From the UHGV virus genome UHGV-0072939: DNA of 55,033 bases, one strand, 5' to 3'. How positions within the stretch are numbered: position 1 is the stretch's first letter; every line of letters begins with the position of its first letter. A program made the translations under genes and the position numbers. The notes under the pieces were generated by a model that worked only from the letters and a program-made list of their open reading frames with translations, did no database searches and had not been told where the DNA came from. This DNA is from a virus. This document shows, piece after piece, positions 8,912 through 17,480 of this stretch.

Positions 8912-10717
8912 TCAGTAAGACATGGGCAGCGTGATCCTGCCACCATCCCGGGTAATGTATTCCTTCCGTTCCCCTTTCCCGTCCACCATAGTGATTTCAA
9001 GCTTCATCTTTTGCTCTTCCATGGCACTTTTAAATGAGCGGGTGAGGTTTTCGGTCAGCACCTGCCCCGAGGCGCCCCCCTGCGATGCTGGCTGGATAAT
9101 GCCGGTTCCGGCCGTTCGCTCCGTCACCGGGGCGTCAGAAAAAACATTGTCAGGCGGATTTTCTGCATTAATGATCCGCTGGTAATGTCCAAGTACCGCG
9201 CCGGGATAGGCCTGATTTTCCTGCCCCCACCGGCGGGTGTCGTAACCGCCGTTGTAATATCGAAGCGCCAGCGGAACATTACCGCCCGAATTCTTCAGGT
9301 TCTCGGACAGAATTTGCGCACCTGCCATGATGTTTTGCCGCGGGTCGGTCCAGTCGGTAACGCCGGTCGACTGGAAATTTGACGGCATGATCTGCATCAG
9401 CCCTTTAGCCCCGGCTTTGCTGACTGCCTGCGGGTTACCTCCGGACTCCTGGGTCATTATGGCCTTCAGCAAGCGGGGATCCACACCGTATTGCTTGCCG
9501 GCTTCATTGAGTAGAACGTCATACTGTCCGCCCTGGTTATACGGTACATAGTTATTGCCGCCGACAGCAGGTCGGGTAATGGCAGCCATATCATCCTGCA
9601 GCTGGTTCGCCGTATCCGTCGCCCGGTAATTCGCATCGTAGCGTTTGCTCACGGCATCCGTCATAAACCCGGCATCCACCATCCCGCGCTCGCTGCGGGG
9701 CAGGCTGTTATAGAGTTCCTTGTCACCCTGAATACGGCGCAGTTTGGCCGCGTCCGCGCTGCTGATAAACCCCAGCGCATGCGACAGGCCGGTGAAATCG
9801 CCGTTGGTAAACAGGTCTGTCACGCCCTCGAGGCCGTCTTTCACCGACCCGTCGGAAAGCAGGCCTTTGAACAGCTTATTCTGCGATCGCTGCTTCAGTC
9901 CATCCCATGAGGCGCCCAGTTCGTTCATCGTGCCGTTGATATCGGACAGTTGTTTATTAAGTTCGGGATCGACCGTCAGCCCAAACGTATCGGATTTCGC
10001 CAGCAGGGTTTTCATGCGCTCGCCTTCACGCATCAGCGCCAGCATTTCAGGGGTAAAACCCATCGCATCAGCGACAGATTTCTGCTGCTCTGGTCGCAAC
10101 GTCGGGAACACGCGCGCGATCTCTTCCATGGTTTTGAGCGTATCGACTGAACCATCCTTGTTTTTCTGGATCTGCACACCAATTTGCGACAACGCGCCAA
10201 GGACCTGACCGTTTGCACCGCTGGCCGCTTCCTTCAGCGTTTTTGCCATCCCTTCAATCGATGCATTTGCGCTTTCGCTGTCAGCCCCCAGAATACGCAT
10301 GGCGCCCGCGAGCCGGGTAAAATCATCAACCCGCATACCGGCGTTTTTCGACGCTGTATCCAGGTTATACGCCTCCCGGGAGGCCTCCCGAAAACCGTAG
10401 GCAACCTGCTGAAGGCCATATCCTGCCGCCCCAACAGCACCGAGCGCACCCAGCTTGCCGGAGATTTCCCCCACCATTTTTAGCGGGGGAACCATATCAC
10501 CGATGAACTGCACGTTATCCCGCGCGCTCTTCGACATATTCTCCAGGCGTGAAATAAAACCGTTCAGCCCGTCGACCGTCTCCTGGCCGCCTAACTGGAG
10601 CCCTTCTTTGGTTTTATTCAGTTTCGGTTCCAGATCGCGGATAGCTTCGTCAATCCGGGTTATCGCGTCACTGACCTGATCGCTGGCCACCAGCTCAAAA
10701 TCAAAAGAATTACTCAT
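8912..10717 (-). CDS. tail tape measure protein with C-terminal lytic transglycosylase (SLT) domain
   Basis: 601 aa; C-terminal LLKAIMTQESGGNPQAVSKAGAKGLMQIMPSNF matches the SLT catalytic motif (ES...GLMQ); position after chaperone pair. Confidence 0.8.
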   Translation of the reverse strand: MSNSFDFELVASDQVSDAITRIDEAIRDLEPKLNKTKEGLQLGGQETVDGLNGFISRLENMSKSARDNVQFIGDMVPPLKMVGEISGKLGALGAVGAAGYGLQQVAYGFREASREAYNLDTASKNAGMRVDDFTRLAGAMRILGADSESANASIEGMAKTLKEAASGANGQVLGALSQIGVQIQKNKDGSVDTLKTMEEIARVFPTLRPEQQKSVADAMGFTPEMLALMREGERMKTLLAKSDTFGLTVDPELNKQLSDINGTMNELGASWDGLKQRSQNKLFKGLLSDGSVKDGLEGVTDLFTNGDFTGLSHALGFISSADAAKLRRIQGDKELYNSLPRSERGMVDAGFMTDAVSKRYDANYRATDTANQLQDDMAAITRPAVGGNNYVPYNQGGQYDVLLNEAGKQYGVDPRLLKAIMTQESGGNPQAVSKAGAKGLMQIMPSNFQSTGVTDWTDPRQNIMAGAQILSENLKNSGGNVPLALRYYNGGYDTRRWGQENQAYPGAVLGHYQRIINAENPPDNVFSDAPVTERTAGTGIIQPASQGGASGQVLTENLTRSFKSAMEEQKMKLEITMVDGKGERKEYITRDGGRITLPMSY

Positions 10718-10901
10718 CGTTGTCAGGGTTCCTGAGTTTGTTAATCCGGGAGGCCTGTGTCACCCACCAGGTCAGCCGGGCGCGGGTCATTCCCCACGCC
10801 CGGTCCTCAGACCAGCGGAAATAGAAGGTGATATCAGCGGCGGCTTCCTGCCAGACGGTCAGGGCTTCCAGGTCAAAAAACCGAGCAGGTACTCCTCGCA
10901 T
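10710..10901 (-). CDS. -1 frame extension of tail assembly chaperone (GT-like frameshift product segment)
   Basis: 63-aa ORF in the -1 frame overlapping the chaperone 3' end by 43 nt; no independent RBS; reading FFDLEALTVWQE directly after slippery TTTTTTG. Confidence 0.55.
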   Translation of the reverse strand: MRGVPARFFDLEALTVWQEAAADITFYFRWSEDRAWGMTRARLTWWVTQASRINKLRNPDNDE

Positions 10902-11137
10902 TTTCGAAAATCGATGAAGTCCATCGGCTGCAGCACGGATTCACGCGTGCCGGACACCAGCGCGATAAGCAGGCGCATCGCCGCCAGTGAGGTGGATGCG
11001 GCCTGTTTTTCATAAAACTGCTCTGCCTGGCTGAGCGTCGGGGCTTTCAGCTCCAGCTGCTCATAGCGGGTTTTCTGCGGCGCATCTTCAAGCGGTACCG
11101 CCAGCGAAATGATTTTTACACGTTCAATTTCTGCCAT
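10859..11137 (-). CDS. tail assembly chaperone (lambda G-like role), zero-frame product
   Basis: 92 aa, GGAG SD before ATG 11137; lies between tail tube and tape measure; ends just after a slippery heptamer. Confidence 0.6.
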   Translation of the reverse strand: MAEIERVKIISLAVPLEDAPQKTRYEQLELKAPTLSQAEQFYEKQAASTSLAAMRLLIALVSGTRESVLQPMDFIDFRKCEEYLLGFLTWKP

Positions 11138-11138
11138 C

Positions 11139-11510
11139 TTAGTTCTCCGTTACTTCACGGCCTTCCCAGCGAACATCAAATACAGCATCTTCGCTTTCCA
11201 CTTCCTGAACATTTACCGTCCAGAGCCCTTCACCAATAATCGTTTTACCATTTGCCAGCTCCGCAACGATGTTGACGTTGGTTTGCTCGTTAAAGCCCAG
11301 AACATTAGTCCCACCGCTATCACGTAAGCGGGCTGAGATGTACGGGGCTACAGGCTTTTCTTTATACCCGTGAACACCATCCATCCCCGTTAATGTCGTC
11401 CGATTAACCTTAGAGGGCTGATATTTAAAAGACCCTTCAACCATCACCGTCACACCGTTAACGGTGACGTACGCGGTCCCCGCCAAGCGGTTAGAAGTAT
11501 CACCTGCCAT
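11139..11510 (-). CDS. tail tube protein (Mu gp40-like)
   Basis: 123 aa; directly downstream of sheath gene. Confidence 0.75.
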   Translation of the reverse strand: MAGDTSNRLAGTAYVTVNGVTVMVEGSFKYQPSKVNRTTLTGMDGVHGYKEKPVAPYISARLRDSGGTNVLGFNEQTNVNIVAELANGKTIIGEGLWTVNVQEVESEDAVFDVRWEGREVTEN

Positions 11511-11513
11511 CGT

Positions 11514-13016
11514 TTACGCTCCTGTTGATTCTGCCCGCGTACGGAACTGGTTGAGTAACGCGAAAACGCGCAGCTGGTTAATAAGAGTTCCCGGCCACAG
11601 CACATCAACGCGGTTAGGGTTTTTGGCGTTCTGCTCAACAATGATGTTTTTGGCAAAGGCCGCCTTGTCCTGGGCATATCCGTTCCACACCAGCTTTCCG
11701 TATTCGGCGATCTGATCTGCTTTGATAATGTTCGGGGTGACAATCGCGGCGCCAGGCGCAAAACGGGTACCGTCAGCCGCCAGCTTCATCCGGCCAAACT
11801 TACTGGTCACCGCCGTGCGCAGGTAACGGGTCACAAACATCAGACTGAAGAGCGTTTCCACCTCGAGGTAGCTGTCATCTTCGTCGCCGTAGCTGTTCTT
11901 CTGGTAAGTGGTGATCAGGTTCTCAATACGCACCGTGCCGTCATCATCCACCGTAAACGTCGAAATGCCGCTGTATAGCAGGTTGTTACGCTCGGTCAGT
12001 TCAAAGCGGTCCTGCAACTCCGGCGCAAGAACCCCCAGGATAGCCAGCGACTGCACCGGGCGCCCCGGATCATTGCGCAGGCTGACCGCCGCCGCGCCGG
12101 TGTACCCGGCAGACCACACCCAGGAGGGCGACGGTGATTTATTCACGCCCATCAGCGTTTCATGCTGGTTGTTTCGCACCTCGCCTTTCGTTCCGAGCTG
12201 CGCATAGGTTCCGGTAGTCGTACCAAAGGAATGACCGTACAACTGCTTATCCCACGCCCAGCGACCGCCGACATCTGAAAGGAACGCCTTCATCGCATCC
12301 AGTGATGCGGTGTCGTCATAGGGGTTAACGATAAAGTCGAACGTCCGGTCCTGCAGGTTGGCCAGCGCGCCGGTGATATCCGGCGCACTGGCACCACCGC
12401 TCATGGCTGTAATGGTCAGTTCCAGGCCTGCAGGTGTCACCTCCCCACCAGGTGATCGGAGGTAGTTCAGGCGAACATCGATACCATTGCCAATGGCGCC
12501 AAGGTTTTTCGCTGTCAGGGTTACTGTATCAGTGGCCGCACTGGCGGTTACCGGCAGCGTGGTTTTTGCGTTAATCGCCGCCGCCAGTGAGGTGGCAATC
12601 GCGGCCGCCGTATCCGTTGCCACAACGGTCAGCTGAATTCGTTCTCCGGCGATGTACAGCGAAATGACCCCGGTTGCTGTGGGCGCGCTGGTCACTTTGA
12701 TAGTGCCGGTTGCGGCAACCATGGAAGCAGGGTCTTCCTCCAGCGGCAGGATCCAGACTTCGGCGGCGGTATCATTGTTCTGATACGCCGTCATCATGGC
12801 CTGCAGGATACTGCCCTTTCCGGCAAGATCGCCGACAGTATCAGCAGAAGAGACGCGTTCAGGAATACCGGCGGTTGCCGAACCGGAAGTCAGCATCCCA
12901 CCGATAAGCAGGGTGCGCTGCGTGGCCGTGGCGTTATTCGCCATCGAGTTATCAAACTCGACGAAGAACAGCCCCACCCGCAGGTTATCGGGGACTCGTG
13001 CGAAGGGTACGGTCAT
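11514..13016 (-). CDS. contractile tail sheath protein (Mu gp39-like)
   Basis: 500 aa; size and position upstream of tube gene; recalled sheath family resemblance. Confidence 0.8.
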   Translation of the reverse strand: MTVPFARVPDNLRVGLFFVEFDNSMANNATATQRTLLIGGMLTSGSATAGIPERVSSADTVGDLAGKGSILQAMMTAYQNNDTAAEVWILPLEEDPASMVAATGTIKVTSAPTATGVISLYIAGERIQLTVVATDTAAAIATSLAAAINAKTTLPVTASAATDTVTLTAKNLGAIGNGIDVRLNYLRSPGGEVTPAGLELTITAMSGGASAPDITGALANLQDRTFDFIVNPYDDTASLDAMKAFLSDVGGRWAWDKQLYGHSFGTTTGTYAQLGTKGEVRNNQHETLMGVNKSPSPSWVWSAGYTGAAAVSLRNDPGRPVQSLAILGVLAPELQDRFELTERNNLLYSGISTFTVDDDGTVRIENLITTYQKNSYGDEDDSYLEVETLFSLMFVTRYLRTAVTSKFGRMKLAADGTRFAPGAAIVTPNIIKADQIAEYGKLVWNGYAQDKAAFAKNIIVEQNAKNPNRVDVLWPGTLINQLRVFALLNQFRTRAESTGA

Positions 13017-13210
13017 TCAGTCTCTCCCTCTTTTTTCAGTGAAACACCTTTCGCTGGCGCGATCGTCTGCAGAGTGGCCGGAACCACATCACCGTCACTC
13101 AGCCGGCGGCGCCAGAAAATATTGGCAGGAACCTCTGCGCCGTCTGGCGGCAAAGGGCTGCCCTTGACGGGACAGCGAACGCTGAGCCCGTCTTTCGGTT
13201 TTACAAACAT
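13013..13210 (-). CDS. small phage protein (Mu gp38 position)
   Basis: 65 aa, ATGA-type overlap with sheath gene. Confidence 0.4.
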   Translation of the reverse strand: MFVKPKDGLSVRCPVKGSPLPPDGAEVPANIFWRRRLSDGDVVPATLQTIAPAKGVSLKKEGETE

Positions 13211-13213
13211 GAT

Positions 13214-13759
13214 TTACTCCTGGAGGTTGAGGCTGATACCAGGCTGTGGCGTACCGTCGGGTACGACAATCGCGATATCCACGCCTTCAAGGGGAACCGC
13301 CTGAACGGGATAAAAGTCTTCCGGCCCCTGATAATGTTCGATGTCGATTTCAAGCAGCAGCTGGCCCATATGCGCTTCACCGTCGGCATCGACATTGATG
13401 GTTGAGCGCACCTCGGCGTATTTCTGGATCTTCCGGGTCAGCTCATAGCTGTTGATGACCGCGCGCTCCACCTGATCCCGCAGCGCTTCCAGCGCCAGCT
13501 CTGCTTTCATCGCGCCATCATCTGTCGTATCGCCGTCGTACTCCTGTACCCGGCCAGTAATTCTGACGGTGGTGATGGTAGTAAACGCCGGGGTGTTCCG
13601 CCCCTGCGACTTTTTTTGCTCAAACGGCGTCTGAACCAGCAGCGCCGGATACAAGTCCACCGATGTTGACCAGTCGCGGGGGGAATACACGCTGCTGCCG
13701 GCGTCCGTGGCGCCGGTCAGCGCCGTGACCACCATCTGTCGTACTGCTGCTGCATTCAT
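13214..13759 (-). CDS. tail completion / neck protein (Mu gp37 position)
   Basis: 181 aa; synteny only. Confidence 0.45.
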   Translation of the reverse strand: MNAAAVRQMVVTALTGATDAGSSVYSPRDWSTSVDLYPALLVQTPFEQKKSQGRNTPAFTTITTVRITGRVQEYDGDTTDDGAMKAELALEALRDQVERAVINSYELTRKIQKYAEVRSTINVDADGEAHMGQLLLEIDIEHYQGPEDFYPVQAVPLEGVDIAIVVPDGTPQPGISLNLQE

Positions 13760-14115
13760 CGTTGTTTCACCACGTTAAGAACGAGTTTTGAGCCGCCATG
13801 GCTGTCCGGTTCGACGTTTGATACCACGAACAACTGATTCACAGGCTTTCCGCCGGCGGTTTTGATAAAGACACGATCGGACACCGCCGGGAGCGGTCTG
13901 CCGGAGTCTGTAAACTCTGCATCGCGCACCCCCAGTACCGGGCTCGTGGTATTTATCGCTGAATCACCGTCCAGATTTTCGGTTACCTGGGCGTAACCGC
14001 GGTCGAAAATGCCGTTTATCAGAAAGGGAGTACCGTTTCGGGGGCGGTACTCTTGCTCGTCGCCGAAGACACCATGCAGCGGACTCAGGAGGTGTAAATC
14101 CCAGTCCACGCCCAT
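13756..14115 (-). CDS. head-tail joining protein (putative)
   Basis: 120 aa from internal ATG 14115..14113 (the upstream part of the 174-aa ORF overlaps the neighbouring gene); synteny. Confidence 0.45.
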   Translation of the reverse strand: MGVDWDLHLLSPLHGVFGDEQEYRPRNGTPFLINGIFDRGYAQVTENLDGDSAINTTSPVLGVRDAEFTDSGRPLPAVSDRVFIKTAGGKPVNQLFVVSNVEPDSHGGSKLVLNVVKQR

Positions 14116-14119
14116 GGCA

Positions 14120-14473
14120 TTACCCCGAAGTGACTGTGACGGAGGGCTGGGCCGCCAGCACGCGCTGACGCAGTACACTGACATCGGCAATAATGCCCGC
14201 CTGCAGCAGGCGCTCTGCATCCTGGCCAGTGACCGGAATGACACTGTTTTCCCGGTAGACTTCGCCGTTGTGGCGGACACTGTTGCCCTTCAGGACAACG
14301 AATTCCGGCCCTTCCCTCTCATCATCGGCCTGAACTTCAGGATCACCTGCCATATTCAAATCATCAACGGATGGTTCTGTGACCAGGTCGGTTCCCCCGG
14401 CATTCAGGTTATCAATCCCAGGGTCTGCATTCAGATCGGCTGCAGGTGCCGGACTGTTTGTTGCTTTCGCCAT
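14120..14473 (-). CDS. hypothetical head-associated protein
   Basis: about 117 aa from ATG 14473..14471; immediately downstream of major capsid gene. Confidence 0.4.
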   Translation of the reverse strand: MAKATNSPAPAADLNADPGIDNLNAGGTDLVTEPSVDDLNMAGDPEVQADDEREGPEFVVLKGNSVRHNGEVYRENSVIPVTGQDAERLLQAGIIADVSVLRQRVLAAQPSVTVTSG

Positions 14474-14474
14474 A

Positions 14475-15524
14475 TCACACCACCGTTGCACAGAGGGACG
14501 CGTTTACCCTGCTCGGGATCACCAGCGGCGCAGACTGCATCATCAGCAGGCGCTGCGCCGGGTCTTCTTTCACCCAGGTTTTCGGGGCAAATGCCAGCGG
14601 GCCATAGTTGAACGCCGGATCCAGAATCACGCCGAATGCGCGGGTTCCCATCAGGTCTGCACCACACATAATCACCGCACCGTCCGGGATTAATGGTTTT
14701 TCCACACCGTCCACCGGATCAATGAACCAGTCGTTGTAGAGCCAGAGGTCGAAGTTACCCCAGCGTCCTTTATAAACGGCCCCCTTCTGAACCTGCGGAT
14801 CGGCGTTAATCTGGTTACCAAACGGGCTCAGCGCCGGGAAAGTGATGGCGTTATCCTTGATGGTGGTATCGAGACGGAACGCTTTCCACGATTTATTGGT
14901 GAACACCAGATCCGTCGGCACCCCACCGGACTCCTTCAGATAGAGGGTCTGCCAGTCTTCGATATCGTCGGAAGGCTGGGTATTGGTGGTACCGGCTGGT
15001 AAGGTCAGAGGCCATTTATCTGACCCACTCAGGGTGATGGTCAAATCCGGAGAACGGCCGAAATCCACCACCTGGGTTTCATAGCCGTCCCCCTGGACTT
15101 TCACCGTCCCGCTGACCAGCGCACTGGCCGCCATCCACTCCAGACGGCGGTTAATCATGTCAATCTGATCAGCCATCTCAAACTGCAGATTCAGCATTTC
15201 ACGCTCAGCAGCGGTGTACTCACCGCCGATACGCTCACCAATCTGGCGGCGAATCGGTTTACGAAGATCCGGCGCGCGCTTGTCCTTGATGTACGCAGGT
15301 TTGAAGGTGTTGGTCTGGTACTTACGGGACTCCACCAGCTTACCTTCCACCAGTGGGGAAACAAACGGCGACATACGACGCAGACCCACGTCAACATCGA
15401 TAGCCACCTCTTCCGTCTCGTAGGTCACCACATTCGGGAAGAAACGGTCCAGAAGCCAGTTCTGGCTGAGCTTCAGATTAGGAACCACCTGTACCAGCAC
15501 ACTGGTATCAAAAATATTATCCAT
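14475..15524 (-). CDS. major capsid protein, lambda gpE-like
   Basis: 349 aa; recalled matches to lambda E (MSPFVSPLVEGKLV vs MALYVSPIVSGEVI; SDDIEDW vs TDDIEAY; MMQSAPLVI vs MIQSAPLML). Confidence 0.8.
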   Translation of the reverse strand: MDNIFDTSVLVQVVPNLKLSQNWLLDRFFPNVVTYETEEVAIDVDVGLRRMSPFVSPLVEGKLVESRKYQTNTFKPAYIKDKRAPDLRKPIRRQIGERIGGEYTAAEREMLNLQFEMADQIDMINRRLEWMAASALVSGTVKVQGDGYETQVVDFGRSPDLTITLSGSDKWPLTLPAGTTNTQPSDDIEDWQTLYLKESGGVPTDLVFTNKSWKAFRLDTTIKDNAITFPALSPFGNQINADPQVQKGAVYKGRWGNFDLWLYNDWFIDPVDGVEKPLIPDGAVIMCGADLMGTRAFGVILDPAFNYGPLAFAPKTWVKEDPAQRLLMMQSAPLVIPSRVNASLCATVV

Positions 15525-15629
15525 AGTCAGTCTCTTGATGATGCCGGACGGTGGCCCGGCAGGAATTTGAAATACGCGATCCCCTGCCGGTTAAAGCACG
15601 GAGAAGGAAATATCCGGGGAAGCGTTAAA

Positions 15630-16031
15630 TCAGGAAACGGGTGCCTGAATGCTGTCGCGCAGGAAAATCGCCAGCGGGCGCAAGGCTGTCTTCAGGTCCG
15701 CAACAGTCCAGGAGGCATCAATAATGATACGGTTCTGGTTGAACTCACCCATCAGGTAAACACCGCCGGACTGATCGCCGTGCGTGGTGGCATCCACATC
15801 ATCCACCAGAATGGCGCAGGGCTTTTCGCTGCCATCGGTGGCAGTTTTCACGCAGGCCGTGTACTTCATGGAAGCCGTAATCTGCCCCAGCACAGTACCG
15901 CGCTTATAAATACCGCCGGTAATGGTGCCGGTATCAGTCACCAGCTGCAGATTACCAGCAACAAGCTGATCCGGCACAAACAGCGAACTTTTCATACCCG
16001 GCGCAAACGGACTTTGACCAAACTGATCCAT
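15630..16031 (-). CDS. head decoration protein, lambda gpD-like
   Basis: 133 aa; lies between scaffold and major capsid genes as in lambda C-Nu3-D-E. Confidence 0.6.
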   Translation of the reverse strand: MDQFGQSPFAPGMKSSLFVPDQLVAGNLQLVTDTGTITGGIYKRGTVLGQITASMKYTACVKTATDGSEKPCAILVDDVDATTHGDQSGGVYLMGEFNQNRIIIDASWTVADLKTALRPLAIFLRDSIQAPVS

Positions 16032-16609
16032 TATTTTTCCCCTTTCACAGAGTTGTAGAGGCTGGTCATCTTGCCCACCAGCGCAGATTTACCAGTCTGT
16101 TTTTCACCGTCCGGGTTCAGGCGCGCCTGGTGACTGGCCTGCATACGTTCATCCAGAGAACGACCGCGCTTAGGCTGCGATGCCGGCGCCTGCGAAGCCA
16201 TGACGTTGATGGCTGCAGCAGAGCTCATGCCGGTATTAAAAGCGAGCGATGCGGCAAGCGCTGGGTTGGCGGCAGCATGCGGGCTACCGAAGATACGGGC
16301 GCAGCGCTTACGCTCTGAAATACGCGCCTGGCGGCCAGACTTACTTTCTTTTCGGTCATCGCCATCATCGTCTTCAGCGTCCGGATCGTCTTCATCATCC
16401 TCTGCATCCGGATCGTCATCTTCGGCGCTTTTATCACGGTCATCGTCTTCCGCATCATCATCGCGCTCATCGTCTTCAGCATCGTCCTCGCGGTCATCTT
16501 CTTCCGCTTTACGTGCCTTCGATTTTTTGGTTTTTTTATCTTCATCTTCTTCTGATGCCGATTTTCCAAAACCCAGCAGGTGAGCAAAACTCGTCGTTTT
16601 CTTTGCCAT
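16031..16609 (-). CDS. scaffold-like protein with long acidic Asp/Glu repeat tract
   Basis: 192 aa; between protease and decoration genes; contains EDDREDDAEDDERDDDAEDDDRD... encoded by short DNA repeats. Confidence 0.5.
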   Translation of the reverse strand: MAKKTTSFAHLLGFGKSASEEDEDKKTKKSKARKAEEDDREDDAEDDERDDDAEDDDRDKSAEDDDPDAEDDEDDPDAEDDDGDDRKESKSGRQARISERKRCARIFGSPHAAANPALAASLAFNTGMSSAAAINVMASQAPASQPKRGRSLDERMQASHQARLNPDGEKQTGKSALVGKMTSLYNSVKGEK

Positions 16610-16610
16610 A

Positions 16611-17480
16611 TCAGGCTCCTGTTACTTGAAGTAAATGTCTGAACGCAGCATCAGGAGGGCATACCTCATCCGCCAGTCCAAGCTCCACACCATCAGCCGC
16701 CATAAAACAGGCCGCCCGCGTATTTTTGATAATCTTTGCGCTGATCCCGCGGTTGCGGGCAACGGTATTCACGAACAGCTCCCCCATGGTGTTGATGTCA
16801 TGCTGTATGGCCGCCAGCGCCTCTTCTGACAACTCACGATACGGAGAGCCCTCCGCCTTCCGGCTGCCGAAAGTAATGATGGTGACCTTCAGACCGTCCT
16901 CTTTAATGCGCTGCGTCCAGTCAAGGTGCATGGTGATGACGCCCACCGACCCCACACCGCCGGTGCGGGGAACAGAAATCCGGTCAGCCGCGCTGGCGAT
17001 GGCGTACGCAGCTGAATACGCGCTTTCCGTCAGAATGGCGTGGACAGGCTTTTCGCCGCGGGCGTTGTAGATTTCGTCCACCAGGTCGAAACATCCCGCC
17101 ACTTCCCCGCCCGGTGAATCGATATCCAGACAGATACCCTTCACATCAGGGTCGGCCAGCGCGGACAAAAACGCCTGGCGGATACCGTCATAGCCCGTCA
17201 TGCCACTGTACGGCCGCAGGCTGCCGAGCTTTTGAACCAGGGTTCCGCAGATGGAGATGACCGCAACACCCGCCACATTGTCATAGCCGGGGTCGCGCCG
17301 GGTTTCCCGCCCGCGGTTGTCGTCGTAGCCGTACCCGTCGTCATCGTCCATCGCCAGTGAGGTTTCAATTCTGGAGATACCGAACCGATCCATGACGGCC
17401 GCCATGATGACTTCGGCTTTGTTCGGGTGGATGGCCAGCGGCGTGTTAAACAGGCGCTGGGCCAGATGAGGTAGATTCAC
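16611..17480 (-). CDS. head maturation protease, S49 family (lambda gpC-like)
   Basis: 289 aa; ClpP/S49-like core; position after portal. Confidence 0.8.
   Translation of the reverse strand: MNLPHLAQRLFNTPLAIHPNKAEVIMAAVMDRFGISRIETSLAMDDDDGYGYDDNRGRETRRDPGYDNVAGVAVISICGTLVQKLGSLRPYSGMTGYDGIRQAFLSALADPDVKGICLDIDSPGGEVAGCFDLVDEIYNARGEKPVHAILTESAYSAAYAIASAADRISVPRTGGVGSVGVITMHLDWTQRIKEDGLKVTIITFGSRKAEGSPYRELSEEALAAIQHDINTMGELFVNTVARNRGISAKIIKNTRAACFMAADGVELGLADEVCPPDAAFRHLLQVTGA

Noticed and set aside
16200-16629. Three overlapping 120-127-aa ORFs on both strands
   Set aside because: Artefacts of the acidic repeat tract inside the scaffold-like gene; low-complexity Ser- or Met/Lys/Arg-rich translations
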